A DNA stretch of 64,000 nt, from NCBI GenBank assembly GCA_964629085.1, contig CAZVPR010000009.1, positions 2,119 to 66,118 of the forward strand, given 5' to 3'. The notes beneath the pieces are model-generated. The model searched no databases, was not told where the DNA came from, and saw only the letters and a program-made list of their open reading frames with translations. Position numbers and translations under genes: made by a program. Positions 26,001-41,000 of the stretch are shown here, piece after piece; the stretch's first letter is position 1, and each line of letters opens with the position of its first letter. Source of the stretch: an uncultured Anaerolineales bacterium. GTDB lineage: Bacteria; Chloroflexota; Anaerolineae; Anaerolineales; UBA11858.

Positions 26001-29000
26001 TACAGGTACGGTCATTCGTGAAAACAGGGCAAAGGGAACTGCTTCGATTGCAATCCTTTTGACCGATCTCACCGTCAATTCGACAATCGCCTCAGGAGTG
26101 ACTCTGACAAGTCTCAATGGCAATGTCAATGTAATGTCGATTGGAGAGAACAACCCTGAAGGATCAGCATCCTATGTGATTTATGGGGATCAGGCGGTTC
26201 TGGGAGTCACCCTGGCCCTTGTGATTTCCAACTCAAATATAAATACGATAGTTAATGGGACGATAATCGCCAAAGGTGGCCCGGGTGCTGCGGCATTGAT
26301 TGCTCCTAATGGGACTTGCTCTTATGAAGATGCAGACGGAAAATCAGTCACTGAAAAGGTTGTAAATACGACTGAAGAATCGCTGTGTATCCCCGGGCAC
26401 GGATTTACCACCGGGGGCACAATCATGCAATATTGGGCCTACAACCCATTGACCATGGCAGGGTTTGGTGATTATGAACCGATTGAAGGACTTACCGATA
26501 ATGGGGAATACTACTTCCTGGTATTGGATGCCAACCACGTAAAACTAGCAACGGATAAACCCATTGACATTGATAATGCCGGAGTGAATGATGGTGCCCA
26601 ACACTCCTTTTTTGAATATAAAGGAACGACTTTTACTGGTGCCAACGTTGCTGCCGATACAGATACGATTACGATTTCCAATCATGGTTTCCGAACCAAC
26701 CAATCTTTGACCTATGTGACCAGTGATGTGTCCAAGATTGTAGGAGGTTTAGTCCATGGTAAAGATTATTTTGTTCGTGTCATTAATGCGAATACAATTC
26801 AACTGCTATATGATGCCACTGATTCGGGTCAACCCCTAAATATTGTTGATCTGACAGGAGCAGGGGCAACTGATTCTACGGATCAATATCTGGTAGGAGC
26901 AGGCGCTGGAAAAACTTTCGATGCCAGAAAGCAAGTTAACGGTGACTGGGATTTGTTCACCATTAAAAATCATGGTTTTTCGGATGGTGATTTGCTTGTC
27001 TATCATGTAGACCCTGCGAAAACGTTTTCTCAAGGCGTTACCAGCGTTCAGACAATCAAGCCCGAAGTTGTTTACGATAGTGCAAATGTCGATCAAGACA
27101 ATGTCTATGATCCTGCAACCGATATCGTAAAACTTAAAAGCCATGGGTTTACGACTAACCAAAAAGTGCTATACACCGCCAATGGTGGCACTCCAATTGG
27201 AGGGTTAGTTGATAAAACCGATTATTATGTACATGTAGTTAATGAGGATACGATCAAGCTGAAATACAACACCAGTTCAGCATTTATAAATTTGCTATCC
27301 GGCGGGACTGGTGATGGCCATTATCTCAGCTACACATCAACAATTTCTGTTGCCGATACACCCATCAAGGGACTCGAAGATGGGAAAAAATACTATGTCG
27401 TCGCTATTGATGATCATAACTTTGTATTGACAGAAAGCGCCGCTAGAGTTCCCTATATTAACCCGATCAACCTGAGTGGGGGCGCAACAGGAGATTTCCA
27501 CTTCATTGATAATGGAAATTCTCAAGGTATCGGTGTGATTGCTGATCTTTCTGTAAAGTTACTGGCATCAGCTTCGGCGACATCGGGTGGAAAACAGACC
27601 ATCTGGGAGAATTATTTCACTGATAAAGAATTTGCAGCTCAGAATATTGCCCAAAAGGTCAGTCCATTAGCCTCGAAAGCAAACTCTTTCATGAAAAAGC
27701 ATTTGCCGGATAATGATCCATCGAGCTTTGGCCTTGCAGCAGGTTTAGGAATAGTAATTGGTGATCATGATGTTCGGGCGGAAGTTGGTAGTACGGCTGT
27801 CTTGAAGAGCGAATTAGACGTACAGATTTTGGCAACCATGCGGCAGAAATGGCAGAGCCAGGCTGAAGCTGATTCGGAAAAAACCGGCGACACCCCAACA
27901 TGGACTCCTGATCAAGGGGATGGAACAACAATTGGAGCTGCATTTACATTGACTATTTTGGACAATGATGTCGATGCATTGATAGCCAGTAATGCTAAAG
28001 TTGACGCGGGAAGGGAATTGGATCTATTTGCCGAAATAGAAATTCCCTTCATGACTAAACCCGAATTTGTGAGCTATGTCAAAAATGCCACAGGTACAAC
28101 CCGTAAGAAACGGAAAGCCGCCAGCGCAGATAATACAGTAGCCAGCGAAGAAAATTATATGAAGATCTCCACCTGGATGGGGTTCTTGGACGGCACATTT
28201 GGGCTTCAGGGCAACTTGTTTAATTCCTGGGCTCGCAGCACGGCCAGCGGAGAAAAGACCGGAATTGCTGGATCAGTAAATATTATCCAGATTGATAATG
28301 AGATCAGTGCCAAAATTGCGAATGGTGCTGAAATCAATCAAAATCTTGATGCTATGTATCGAACTGGTGACCAGTTTGTCAAAGTTCAAGCCTATTCCAA
28401 AATGCAATACATCAATATGGCGGGCGTTTTTAGTATGGATTTTGACTTTGCAGCTGTTGAAAAATCCAAAAACAACAAAAATGGAAAATTAGCAAGAGCA
28501 ACAGAATTTTTTAACCCTGCTGGAGCTGGAGGAGAGAAGGGGGGTGTAGGTGGTGCGTTGTTTTTATTTGTCCTGGATAATGATACCCAGTCGGTTATCG
28601 AAGATGGTGTAAAGATATATACAAGTAAAACGGCTAAATATTCAGCACTCCCTGAGTTGACCTTCAAAGATCAAGCCAGTACTGGAAACGATACGATTAC
28701 TCGCTCTTCTGGCAGTTGGCTTGATGATGGATTCTCACAAGGTGATACGATTACAGTAATGGGGTCCAAGGAAAATGACGGGGATTATATTGTCAAATCC
28801 GTAACAGCTACTCAACTTGTGCTAGCTAAAAATGCAAAGCTGAAAAATGAGCAAAAGACTGCAGGTATATTTGTCTCTCAAATAAATGCGGGGCTTTTAG
28901 TAGAGGCCAGCACTTTGTTTGAACATTTTGTCTTGGCACATTCAGGCGCCAGTGCCGATGAATACGCGGTTAGTGGTACGATCTCTTTATCATTGATAGA

Positions 29001-32000
29001 TAATGAAACGAGAGCGCAGATCAAAGGGGGAGCAACTATCAAAGGCGGTGGAGTTGAAGTAGCCGCAAAAGATGAAAGCTATCACTTAGGGATTTCGGGC
29101 GGTGTTGCTGTCAGTAAGGCTAAGGGCTTTGGTGTAACCATCACGGTAAATGAGCTAAATCGAATTACAGAAGCATCAATCGGAGAAGAGACTGGGAGTA
29201 CGGTTAGTGTTGATGTTGATGGCCCCATTAATGTGGAGTCTAGGAATACCGGCTATTTATATGCATTTGCATTAGCTGGGGCAGTAAAGAGTAATAAAAC
29301 CCCAGTTGAAAAAGCAGAAGAAAAAGCACAAAATGTTGGTGGCAATACTTTCAAGCGTATGAATGCCCTTTCTGGTTCATCTGGTAGTGCTACTTCTGGT
29401 GCTGGTGCTGTTGCGCAGGGGGCAGGAAAATCAGGCTTCAGTGTTTCGGGGGATATCTCTTTCAATACGGTAACAGATAAAACCAAAGCTTATATCAATA
29501 CCAGCAAACCAGTCAACACCACAGGATGGGTTCGAGTGAAAGCTCGCCAAGACACCGATATCGTGGCAGCATCTGGCGCCGTTACGATTTCCTTTGGGGC
29601 TCCAGATGGCTCTTCAAAATCTCACGGGTTGGCTGGTTCTTTTGGTAAAAATGAACTTGATTTCGTTACTGAAGCAAGCATCAGGAATACATCCTTAAAA
29701 GCTGGTGGTACCGTTCATATTGAAGCCATTTCTGATGGTTGGTTGTTCTCGCTAAGTGCTGGAGGATCGGGGGCGACGCGCGGTGATGGTACGAACATAG
29801 CCGGTTCTGTATCTGTGAATATCGTAGATATAGTTAATAAGGCTTATATAGATAACGCGAATTTGGATGTTGCTGGGGCATTGAACGTGCTTTCGAGCAA
29901 TGAGGCCCGTATGATTGCCATTGGAGGGGCTGTGACGTTAGGAGGCTCCAGTGGTTACGGTGCTGCTATTGGGGTCAATATCATTAATAATTATACTGAA
30001 GCCAAGATCGCTGGCGACTCCCCACGTCTAACTCTGGACGTGGCCGGGAATCTGGAAATTAGATCCACCAACGAAAGTGTAATATGGGCAATTGGTGTTT
30101 CTGTTGGAGCTTCAAAATCCTCCGCCAGTGGGACTGTAACCATTAACATTATCGATAATGAAACAGAAGCTTCCTTGGCCAATATGGAGCGCAAAGCCGA
30201 GGGAGCGATGGGCGCTGTCAGTTTATTGGCGGAAGATAGCTCGACCATCTATTCATTTGCCGGCGCATTATCCATCGGATTGAAAGGCTGGGGATTTGGC
30301 GCTTCGGTTGGTTGGAATCAGATAGATAATGAATTAGACGCCTTCATTGAGAACAGTTCCTTTTCCGGAAAGAGCGCCAGTGTCAAAGCTAACTCGAAAG
30401 AGGCAACAATTTACTCTCTGTCATTTGCCGGTGCAATTTCCTTAACAAGCACCAGTATTTCTGGCTCAATATCAGTAAATGTGATCAATAATGATGTCGA
30501 TGCCCATATTTCTAAAGGCAGTGTTTTGACGTTATCCGGTCCTGTTGTAGTATCTGCCAATGATGATAGCACCATCAAATCCTTTTCTGGAAATGTGGCT
30601 ATCGCTTTGAAATCGGGCGCATTTGGGCTAGCCGTGGGCGTAAATGTAATTACCAATGATATCGAGGCTTACATTGACAACTCCCAGATAACTACCACGT
30701 CATCAGGAGATCTTACGGTCAAATCTAATGAAGCAGCGACCATTCATTCAATTACCGCAGGAGGATCAGGCAAAGGTGGATCCTTCTCTATCAATGTGAT
30801 TACCACCGATGTTTATGCCTATGTAAAGGGATTGAAGTCATTTACAATCGATGGTAGCGCCTTGATTGCCGCTTACAACGATACCGATACCTGGACCTTG
30901 GGGGGGAATATTGCCTTTGATGGAAAAAATACTGCCATTGGTGTTGCTAATTCAACTTTGATTACCGATAATGATACGGTAGCCTACATTGGTGATAAAG
31001 TAGGTCTGGTTGCTCGTGGAAACGGCCAAGGACTAGATGTTCTTACGGGTCGCAAGAAAAATGACAAGAAAACTACTCATAAATTCAATGGCTTGGCTGT
31101 TGCCGCGATCGCTTTCCAAGATTACGATTCAATAGCCGTCAGTGGATCCGGTGCACCTGGCGGTGCCGGGATCGCTGGCTCGGCTGCGGTGAGTGTGCTT
31201 TCTGAAACCACACTAGCCTATATTCAATCTGGAGCCCAGATCAATCAGCAAAACAATGCGACCTCCAATGTCGACCAAAGCGTAATCGTTTGGGCAGCCA
31301 ATGATACCTATTTGCTAGGCATCGGCGGCGGTGTAGGTTTAGGCAAGAGCGGGGGTGTCGGTGCGGGGATTGATGTAGCAGTCGTTTCGAAAACAACCAA
31401 AGCATATATTGAAGCAGGATCAAGCGTGAGCGCTCGGCGCGATGTACTCATGGATGCCATCTCCAAGGAAGAAGTAATCTCAATATCGGGTTCCATTGGG
31501 GTTGGTAAATCGCTGGGGCTTGCGGGAAGCGTGAGTGTTTCTGTTTACAATATGACCACTTCCGCCTATATCGAGGGCAAGAAGACAGTTGACACAACCG
31601 ACCACGATGGTGCAATTGTCCATGCTGGGGGCAGCGTCAGAGTAGCCGCCGAGGACGATACTGAAATTGATATGATTGCTGGCTCCGTGGGGGTTGGCGT
31701 TGGCAAAGGAGCCGCGGGAATCGCGGCTGCCGTCGGCATCCCGATTGTCACCAAATCGACCACAGCCTACATTGGCAAAGGCGCGGTGGTTGATGCCTTA
31801 GCGAACCATAAGGATGGCATAACGGTAAAATCTGGCGATTTTGTGGAGACACTAATTCCGGATCCTTTGGGCGTGATCGATGATCCAGAAAAAGGTAAGG
31901 TTTCATCACTCCCGAAAGCTAAAAGCGACAGCGAAGTGGACACAAGCGATTATTCAAATAAGCGCATTGTCACCGCCGGAGAAATTGAGGGTTTCAAAGG

Positions 32001-35000
32001 AGTTGCTGTTAGCGCTGTCAATAAAGATGATGTGGCCGCATGGAGTGCTGGAGTTGGCATTGCGGCAGGCAAATTTAGTGCAGCAATACAATTCTCGACA
32101 ACGGTCAATATAATCTCCGTGAATACTAAGGCCTACATTGATGATGAGGCCGAAGTGAACCAGGGTCCCAATGCCCATAGCGATCAGTCTGTTTTGGTGG
32201 GTGCAGGCAACGATTATGCCTTCAAAGGATTTAGCGGCGGTGTTGCGATAGCCGGCGGCAAAGGCAGCGGTGCCGTTTCTCCAGCAGTTTTTGTGGGTGT
32301 TATCAACCTAGATACTAAGGCATTCATTGGCGCGAAAGCCAAAGTATCGGCCAAAGGGGATATTGTTATCGCCGCCCATGCTTCTGAGGAAATACTTTCT
32401 TTGGCAGCCGCTATTGCAGGGTCAGGGGGCGGAGCCACATTGTCAGTTTCCGGTGCTGTGATGGTGATTGTTCTGGATTCCGAAACTCATGCCAGCATTA
32501 ATCAATACGCCACGGTGATTGCAGGGGGCAATATCCGTATTTCGGCTGTTGATAACACTGAGTTGGATGTTGTGGTCGGATCCATTGCAATTGCCATTGG
32601 AGGGGTTGGTGCTGGAGCTGGACTGAGTGTTGGTGTATCGGTTCTCAATAAAGATACGCGAGCCTTCATTGCCGAAAATGCCACCGTAACCGCCTATGGC
32701 AATTCGGCAGCCAATTTGAAGCCATATAATGGGGATTTTGAAAGTAATGGCGATCTGGCCAAGAACAAGGACGTCAAAGGGTTGGTTGTTGAAGCCTATT
32801 CATCTGAAGATATCTGGGTTTTGGCAGTTGCTGGTGGGGTAGCAATTTCAGCATCAGGCGGACTTGGTTTGGCGGGTGCCATTGATGTAATTATCATTGA
32901 TTCAGACACGTTGGCTTACATTGACGGGAGTACGACGATTAATGGCAGCAATCAAGGCGCTGGCAAAAATCAGGACGTGTACGTCACCGCAGTCAACGAA
33001 TTAGACTTGTTTGTGATCGTTGGTGGCTTGGCGGGGGGCGGTGTTGGTATTGCTGGCGCACTTGATATATTCGTCCAACAAAATGATACGACGGCTTATA
33101 TTGCAGGTGATGTGAATGTCAAACGAGACGTTCATGTCAATGCGCTGGCAACACGCGATTATGAAACCGTAGTAGTCAGTGCTGGTATTGGTGGTACAGG
33201 CATTGCTGGTTCAATTGGCGTTTATGCTACCGGTGGCAACCTTGAAAGCTCCTATTCATCCGAAGGCAAGTCGTCTAACGCCATTAACGACAAGGATGGA
33301 AATTCGGCTTCATCGGAGGCTGACGATAACGTAGCTGGTGTCAAATCGGCTACCATGTTGGATGGTTATAGCGACCCAGACCGGGACGAGGACGACAATA
33401 ACAGCGCCCTGGTTCGATCAAAAACATCCGATGTGAATTCAAAAGTGTCATCATCGATATCATCAAATACTGTCAGCAATAAACTCAATGAAGATGCCAT
33501 AAATGCTTCCAGGACTGTACCTAGAGGCACCAGTGCATTTATTGCAGAAAATGTCACCATCAACGCTGGCAGGCATATTGACGTTGATGCCCGCGAGCAT
33601 ATTGAATACGAAGCCCATATTGGTGGCATTGGCGTTGGTGGCGTTGGTATTGGATTTGGGGTTGGGATTATCAGCAATAATTCCCCCGTGACGGCTTATA
33701 TTGGCCAGGGAGCCAGCCTGAGTGCTGGACTGGAAGATAAATGGGGTGCCATCAATTTGGATGCGCAAATGAAGGCAAACTATGATCTAACTTCATTTGT
33801 TGGCACGGGTGGTGGCACTGCTCTAGGTGCTGCTGTGGCAGTAATCCTTGACGAAAGCGATGTCAAAGCCTATGTTGTCGGTGATGTATTCACCCACATC
33901 AAGCAAGGGAAGGCCCTGAACATCAAGGCTGAACGTGATTTGACCATCGAAGCTCTCACGCCCAATGTGAGTGTGGGTGGGATATCTGCTGGTGCAGCCA
34001 TTGTCGTCGTCGATGTTGAAGGTGATACCCTTGCATTTATCGGTGAAAACTCCCGTATCGGCCAGGCCTCAGGCGATACAATTGAGGATGTCAGTGTCAT
34101 TGCCAGCGTAGATTACGATGTTGAAGTGGACGCCTGGACTGTTTCAGCAGGGTTGACGGCTGGGTTGGCAGCAAATGTTGGCGTGGTCGATATCTCCGGT
34201 AAGGTGTTTGCCCATATTGGTGAAGATGTGACTGTCATTGCCACAGGAGATATCAACATCCAGGCGCTGACCAACTCCACGGCGGATGCCTCGGTTTGGG
34301 GTGTAACTGTCTCCGCAAAAGCTGCCATGGGTGCTTCTGTTCCTGACGTAGAAGTTGAGCTGGATGTTGATGCCGGTGTGGGCAAGCGCACCAAGATCAC
34401 AACCAGCGGCGGCGGTGTCAATATTGTAGCCTCCCACAACAAAAAGGGTGGCAAAGTCGAGTCCTATGCCATGGCCTCGGGAGGCGGGTTAATTCTAGGG
34501 GCCAACGGGGCTGTTGCTACAGCGACCCTAAAGGTTGAGGTTGACGCCACCTTAGATGAAGAAGTGCAAATAAATGCTGCTAAAGATGTCTCTGTAAAAG
34601 CCTATTCAAAGAGTAAGGTCGAATCGGATAGCGACAGTGTCACTGCTGGGGGAGTGGGTATCGGTGTATTGTTTGCGGAAACTGATATCGAGAGCGACAC
34701 CAACGTATCTCTTGCTCACAATGTACAAATCACTGCTGGTGGAAACGTAACCCTTGAAGCGATCGCAGATCACCACGGGCACACTGAAGCGGACACCGAT
34801 GGAGGTGGACTGGTTGGGGTGATGACTGCGGATGCCGAATTGGGAATCGATTATGAGACCCGGGTGCACCTTGATGTCAATGTCAAGATCATCGCCAATA
34901 AAACCCTGAGCGCATTTGCGCAGACTAAAGTCGAAGGCAAAGCCCATGCCGAGACAATTGTCGCGGGATTAGGATCCGGCGCGGAGACAGAAGCCATCTT

Positions 35001-38000
35001 GAAAGTTGGCGAAAAAGACGCCAAGACCGAGGTTAAAACTGGGAACCAGGTTTCACTTGCTGGGGATAAAATCCATCTAGTTGCCGAAACTCCACTGCTA
35101 AAAACAAGAGCCTACAGCAATGCCCGCAGCTACGGCGCTGCTAGTGGATCCAACAGCGACGCGGTGATGCGCATCAGCCAGGAGAAAACCAGGGTTTGGA
35201 TTGGGGACGATAACACAATTATCGGTTATGCCCATACCGAGCTGCGTGCTGAACACATGCTATTGAACAATTCCGGGCACGCGGACTCGGTGGCAGGTTC
35301 CTTAGGTGCGTCAGACTCAGATGGGGAAAGCCATGTCGATACTACGGCCTATGTCTTGGTGCCAAAAACGGTCAAGATCAGAACCAGAGACCTGCAGGTG
35401 GCGGCCCGCTCAATCGTAGAGTACTATCAACGTGAGGCGTATGCATGGGCCATTTTCGATGCAGATGAGACCGAAACCGGCGATCTGGCGCCTAAGCGTA
35501 AGATTGAATTGCAGGCTGATATTGTAATATTCTCAAATCCACATTTCATTTTGTCCGGCGGCATACCTTATCGCAGCTTGTATGCCCAAAGTGTCGGTTG
35601 GTATATCGACTCCTTCGGTAAAGGATTTGTGGTCGGTGATATCAAGCTCAATGATAATACTCGTGGAAAAATTTACCTTGATATCAACCAAATTACTCAT
35701 GAGGATCTTAAAGAGAATACTACTGCTGATATTGCTGGAGATAAGGCCAGTTTGCAATTTGCCTTTGAGTATGTCAAGATTGAGCATTATTATGGTGCCG
35801 GCGGCTTACCATTAACGATCAGCGATATCGATACAATTTACCGGGGCAACCAGCCACTGTTCGTTTACGAAGCGGTACCGATTGAATATGATAACGACGA
35901 CTGGATCCAAATTAAGCAGCATGGCTTCAAGAACGGGCAAATCCTCACCTATATGACCAATGACTATGTGATTGCAGGTTTGTCGGTTGGGGAACCGTAT
36001 TATGTGGTCGAAGCCGAAAAAGACAAATTTAAAATCTCATCTGAAGTTGGGGGGGATCCTGTTAATCTGGTTGTCAATCCTGGCGAAGAGGTAGATTTCC
36101 TTACAGGCCACTATTTCTTGCACACAGGCAACAATGCCAGCTTTACCCATGATGCAGACGATTGGATCAAGATCAAATCTCATGGCCTCGAGAATAAACA
36201 AAAAGTTGTCTACAACCACAACGGAGACCCCGAAAAAGATTCGCTGACTGGTCTTGAAGTTGGCAAAACCTACTACGTGATTGATAAGAAAGATGACAAA
36301 TTCAAACTGGCTACCAAGGAAGGCGATAAAAATACCATTGTCAACCTTTCGGCTCCGCTGACCAACTCCGACATTTGGCATTATTTCACGTGGGACGACG
36401 TCGATATGACGTTCGATTATTCCTTTGAGCCGACCACCTACGCTGAGACATCGGTCGAGATCATTAAGCACACCAATGAGATTCTGGGAACAACCACATC
36501 GCCAATCAACTTGCGTGGAGAGATTCTCAATCCTTTTGGCAGCACAAAAGTCGTCAACGGCCGCGGCGATATCCTCAATGCCGACGTAAATTCTCCTCAA
36601 CCGACAATCCGCACCAACGATCTCACGCTGGAAGCCAAAATGGGTAGTGTCGGCAACTCCCGTAAAGTGAATATCGAGATGGTGCAGTATCAGCTCAAGA
36701 AGAGTGATGGTAGTTATGAAGATTTAGTAGCGCCAAAATTGTCCGTCGAAGCAACCAATAACATTGAATTGGCAACCGGCGTGAGGCTCTTCAAGGATAA
36801 GTTGGTTAAATCCTCGGTCAATGTATTTGTGGACGTGACAAAATTCAAAGCCGGGGGAGAAATCGATGTCTTGCTCAATGGCAGTGCGCTTCATAAACTA
36901 GATAAAGATAATTTCATCCTCGAGGATAAGCCTGAGGCTGGCCCGGCCAGTTATTATGATTTCGAGCTCATTGAGAATGGTAAGAAGAAAGATATTATCT
37001 TCAATGCGGCTGTGCTCTACGGTTCGGGGGGGCATGAAGTGTGGATTACCGTCAATGGCGATATGAAACTTTCAGCCGGTGGTAAGTTATGGGCCCGCAC
37101 CACCGGGTACATCAAACTTACCGAGTTGGCGGGTTCAATATTGTTAGGTGCGGTTTTATCCACCCGTGGTTCGGTCCATCTCAAGGCAGTTGAAGATGTC
37201 ATTCTGGATGCCACCAGCAAGTTCGAAGCCGGGCATCCCAGTTCCATTTATGTCGATTATCAGGATGATGATGATTCGAGCAACAAGGTTGAATTAAACA
37301 ACCTGGGAGGCATCGACGCCGAGATTGTGATCTACGGCAGCGGTAACGATGATTGGGTCTACGTAAATGATTCTGCCGACACGGCGGATGAGGAAGGTGC
37401 CCTCCAGAACACCATGATCAGCGCCTTCAATACCAACGCTTTCCTGTCGACCTTGACCGGATTGGGGATGACGAAAAAATCCAAAATTTCAATTGACCGC
37501 TTCGATCACAAGATCGAAAACCTGGACATTAAACTGGGCAGCGGAAAAACCACGCTGACTGTACGCGGCATCACCGCCGAAACCTTTATCGATATGGGCG
37601 CTGGTGCTGACACCCTGGATGTCGGCCCTGGCAAGGTCGAAGCTGCTGCTGGCATTACCGGTGATATGACGGAAAAACTAATCACCGGAATGGCTTCCGG
37701 GTCGGATGCCAAGATTAAATATAACCAGAAGGGGTTGGACGCTGAAACCGTGATCATCACCCTGGGCGCTGGGCAGGATGATTTCACCGTCAAAACAACA
37801 CATACCACCTCACACAACACCGTCAAGGGTGGCGATGGCAACGATGTGCTAACCATTAAGAATACAGGGGTAAATGGCAATTTGATCGTTTACGGTGGCG
37901 CAGGCATGGATTACATCGTTTTCCAAGATCATGGTGGCACCACAGTTTTGAATGGTGATACCACTGAGGATAACGTTGTGGAATTCTTTGTGAATTACAC

Positions 38001-41000
38001 CGGCAATGGCAGCACAAAAGCTTTCTCGGTAGCTGATATTTTTGTAAGCAACCCGACCCAGCAGGACATTGAAGTGCGAGTAAATAATGTGCTGCTGACG
38101 AATACAGATTGGTATCTGAACGGTATGACCCTCACGATCACTCAAGCTCCAGCCAGCGACGCCAGCATTAACATCAAGCGGGTTTGCGATGCCAATCAGA
38201 ACCCCTGTCCAGGTGATGACCGCTTTTTCATCCAGAAGGCTGATGGCAAATTGAGCGTATTTGGTGGCATCGGTGCCGATAAATACTTTGTGGCCAGTGA
38301 GGCCAGCCGAGCCAGCTTCACTACCAACGATGTATCTGATGATACCTTATCCACCTTTGGCAACTTAAGCGGCGATCTGAGCGGTGTCACCGGCAAGCTC
38401 ACGATCACCGGCAATGGCCAGGGGAATGGTGGATACAAGGACCGCTTGTACATTTTCTCTGGCTATCCCACTACGGTCGATGGTCTATTCGATGATGACA
38501 TGATCACGGGTATGACTCTGGCGGATGGCGGCAGCATTCAATACGCCACGGTTGAAGAAGTGCACATTAAGCTTGGGCCTAACAGCGATGAGTTTAGTGT
38601 GTACGATGTGCCCGCTGTGGTCTCCCTGACGGTCTACGGCGGCAGTGGCTATGATGATCTCAAAGTGGGTAACCAGAACAACTTACTCAATGAAATTGAC
38701 GGCACAGTAACATTCCACGGAGAAGATGGTGGAGATGTCGTTTACGCATACAACCAGGGCGATGCAACCGACTGTGCCGCCGATATCAATTCCGAATGGG
38801 CTTGCGGCCAGATGACGGCCATTGGCCTCAGCGGTTTGGGCATGGGCCTGACCGACAACTTAGCTGCGCCGCACATCATCTACGGTACCAAGGCTCAGGA
38901 TGGTACTCTGCAATCAACTACTGAAGTTGCTGAAGTTTACCTGGGGAGTGGTGCAGATCGTTTCTTCGTAGATAGTGTGAAATTCACCACCTTGTATGTC
39001 CACGCCGGCGAGGGGGATGACACCGTTCGAGTGGAGGCTACGCCCTTTGGTTTGAATCCTGCCTCCTTGCGCCGGGTCGATTTCATTGCTGGTACAACGT
39101 ACATCAGCGGTGGTGAGGGTGAAGATTTCGTCATCATCAATGACAGTGGAGATGATAAGGCTAACACCGGCGAATTCCGCAGTGGTTATGTCAGTGGTTT
39201 GGGCATCACCGGCAATATCGGTTTCTGGAGTTCGACTGAAAAACTGGAGATTGACCTCGGAGAACAAAATGATACCTTCCGGGTACACGGCACACCTGCT
39301 CACCTGAGGACGACTTTGAAGACGGCTGGCGGTTTCGACACCATTGAGGTTGGCAACTCCAGCAACTCCCTGGATAGCATTTTAGGCAAGCTCACCATCG
39401 AAGGCGAACTGCCTTATTCCAACGACCAGCTTTTCTTCTACGACCAGGGCGATACCAGCGATAATATTTACACAATCAACTCCGAAGTAACCGGTAGTAT
39501 CCAAATCCCCAACCCCAATAAGCCGGCCGAAACCATAAACCTGGATGTCAATGAAACCACCGTCAAACGCAGCGGCAGTGCCGACATCATTTACCTGACC
39601 GTTGAGCAGGTTTCGTTGAATGCTGGTTTGGGGGCAGATAAAATCTATTTGCAGAGAACCCACCTCGAGTTGGATCCCCTGGGTGGTAATAACTCGGTCT
39701 TTGCGATCAACGCCGGCGGCGGGGCGGACGATATCTATCTTGAAAATAACAAATCGCTCGATGGTATTGATATCCGGGTGATGATCGATGGCGGCGCCGA
39801 TGACGATTCAGTCCATTTTGATCATTCATCCAGCCAGGAAGCCAACACACTGACCTTTATCGCCAAAGCCTTCGAAGACCTATTCCCCGATGATCCAGAC
39901 ACCGCGTCAAATGAGACGGACACTTGGCTGGTGAATTTCCAGGATTTGTTGAACGACAATAACCTCAGTAAAACATCCAGCTTCGGCTCAGTCTCGATGG
40001 GCACGGTTGCCGATCCGGCTAAACAAGTCATGGATATGGACGTCAACGTGCGCAATGCTGAGTTGAGCGTATTGCTCGGCGAAAGCGATGATGTCTTCCG
40101 CTTGAGCGGCGGTCCCTTTGAGATGCCATTGCGAGTTGATGGTGCCGGTGGCAATGACACTTTCAATATATCTAATGATGTCACCGCACACGAAACGGTG
40201 ACCTTGAACGGCGACGAAGGTGATGACATTATCTACGTCGATTTTAGCGAGTCTGCTCCAGACGGCAAACTGGCCAATATCAGCTTCAACGGCGGCGCAC
40301 ACGGTAGCGAGGGCGATACCCTGCGCATTGCCGGTGACGGTGTGGCCAGTGGATCATATACGCCCAGCAGCACGGTCTCACGAGCCGGTACCATCCTGGT
40401 CAACAACAATAAATTTACCTTCACTGGTGTGGAACCGCTGGTGGTACACGGCTTGGCTGGTTTCGAAGTGTCCATGCCCGATGCGATCAGCGACCTGGCC
40501 ATCGAGACCATCGATCTGGCCGACCTGAGCCTGACCAACCTGGTTTTGCACTCGGTCACCGTGGATGGCGTGATCAGTTGGCGGCAGCAGGTCAAGCTGG
40601 CTGGGGTCACCACCCCTGAGCCGCGTAATTATGGCAGGGCGATTGCCATGAGTAAAGATGGTAACCGGCTGGCAGTCGGTGCCGATAAGAATGGCGAAAA
40701 TTTCGGGGTGGTGTTTGTTTACACCCGCAGTGATGATAACTGGATCGAGCAGGCCAAACTGTATCCTGGAGACCGCCTGTCCGGTGGCGGCCGTGGGTTT
40801 GGTCGGGCTGTAGCTCTTGATGGCGATTTGTTAGCCATCGGCGCTCCGCAGGATACTAACCGAGGCTTTGATACCGGGGCCGTGTACATCTATTGGTATG
40901 AGAATGGGGCCTGGACAGAAGAATGGAAACAGCGTGGCGAAAGCGCATATGATAAATTTGGTTTCTCCCTAGATGTGGATGAGAATAACGAGCGGATTGC

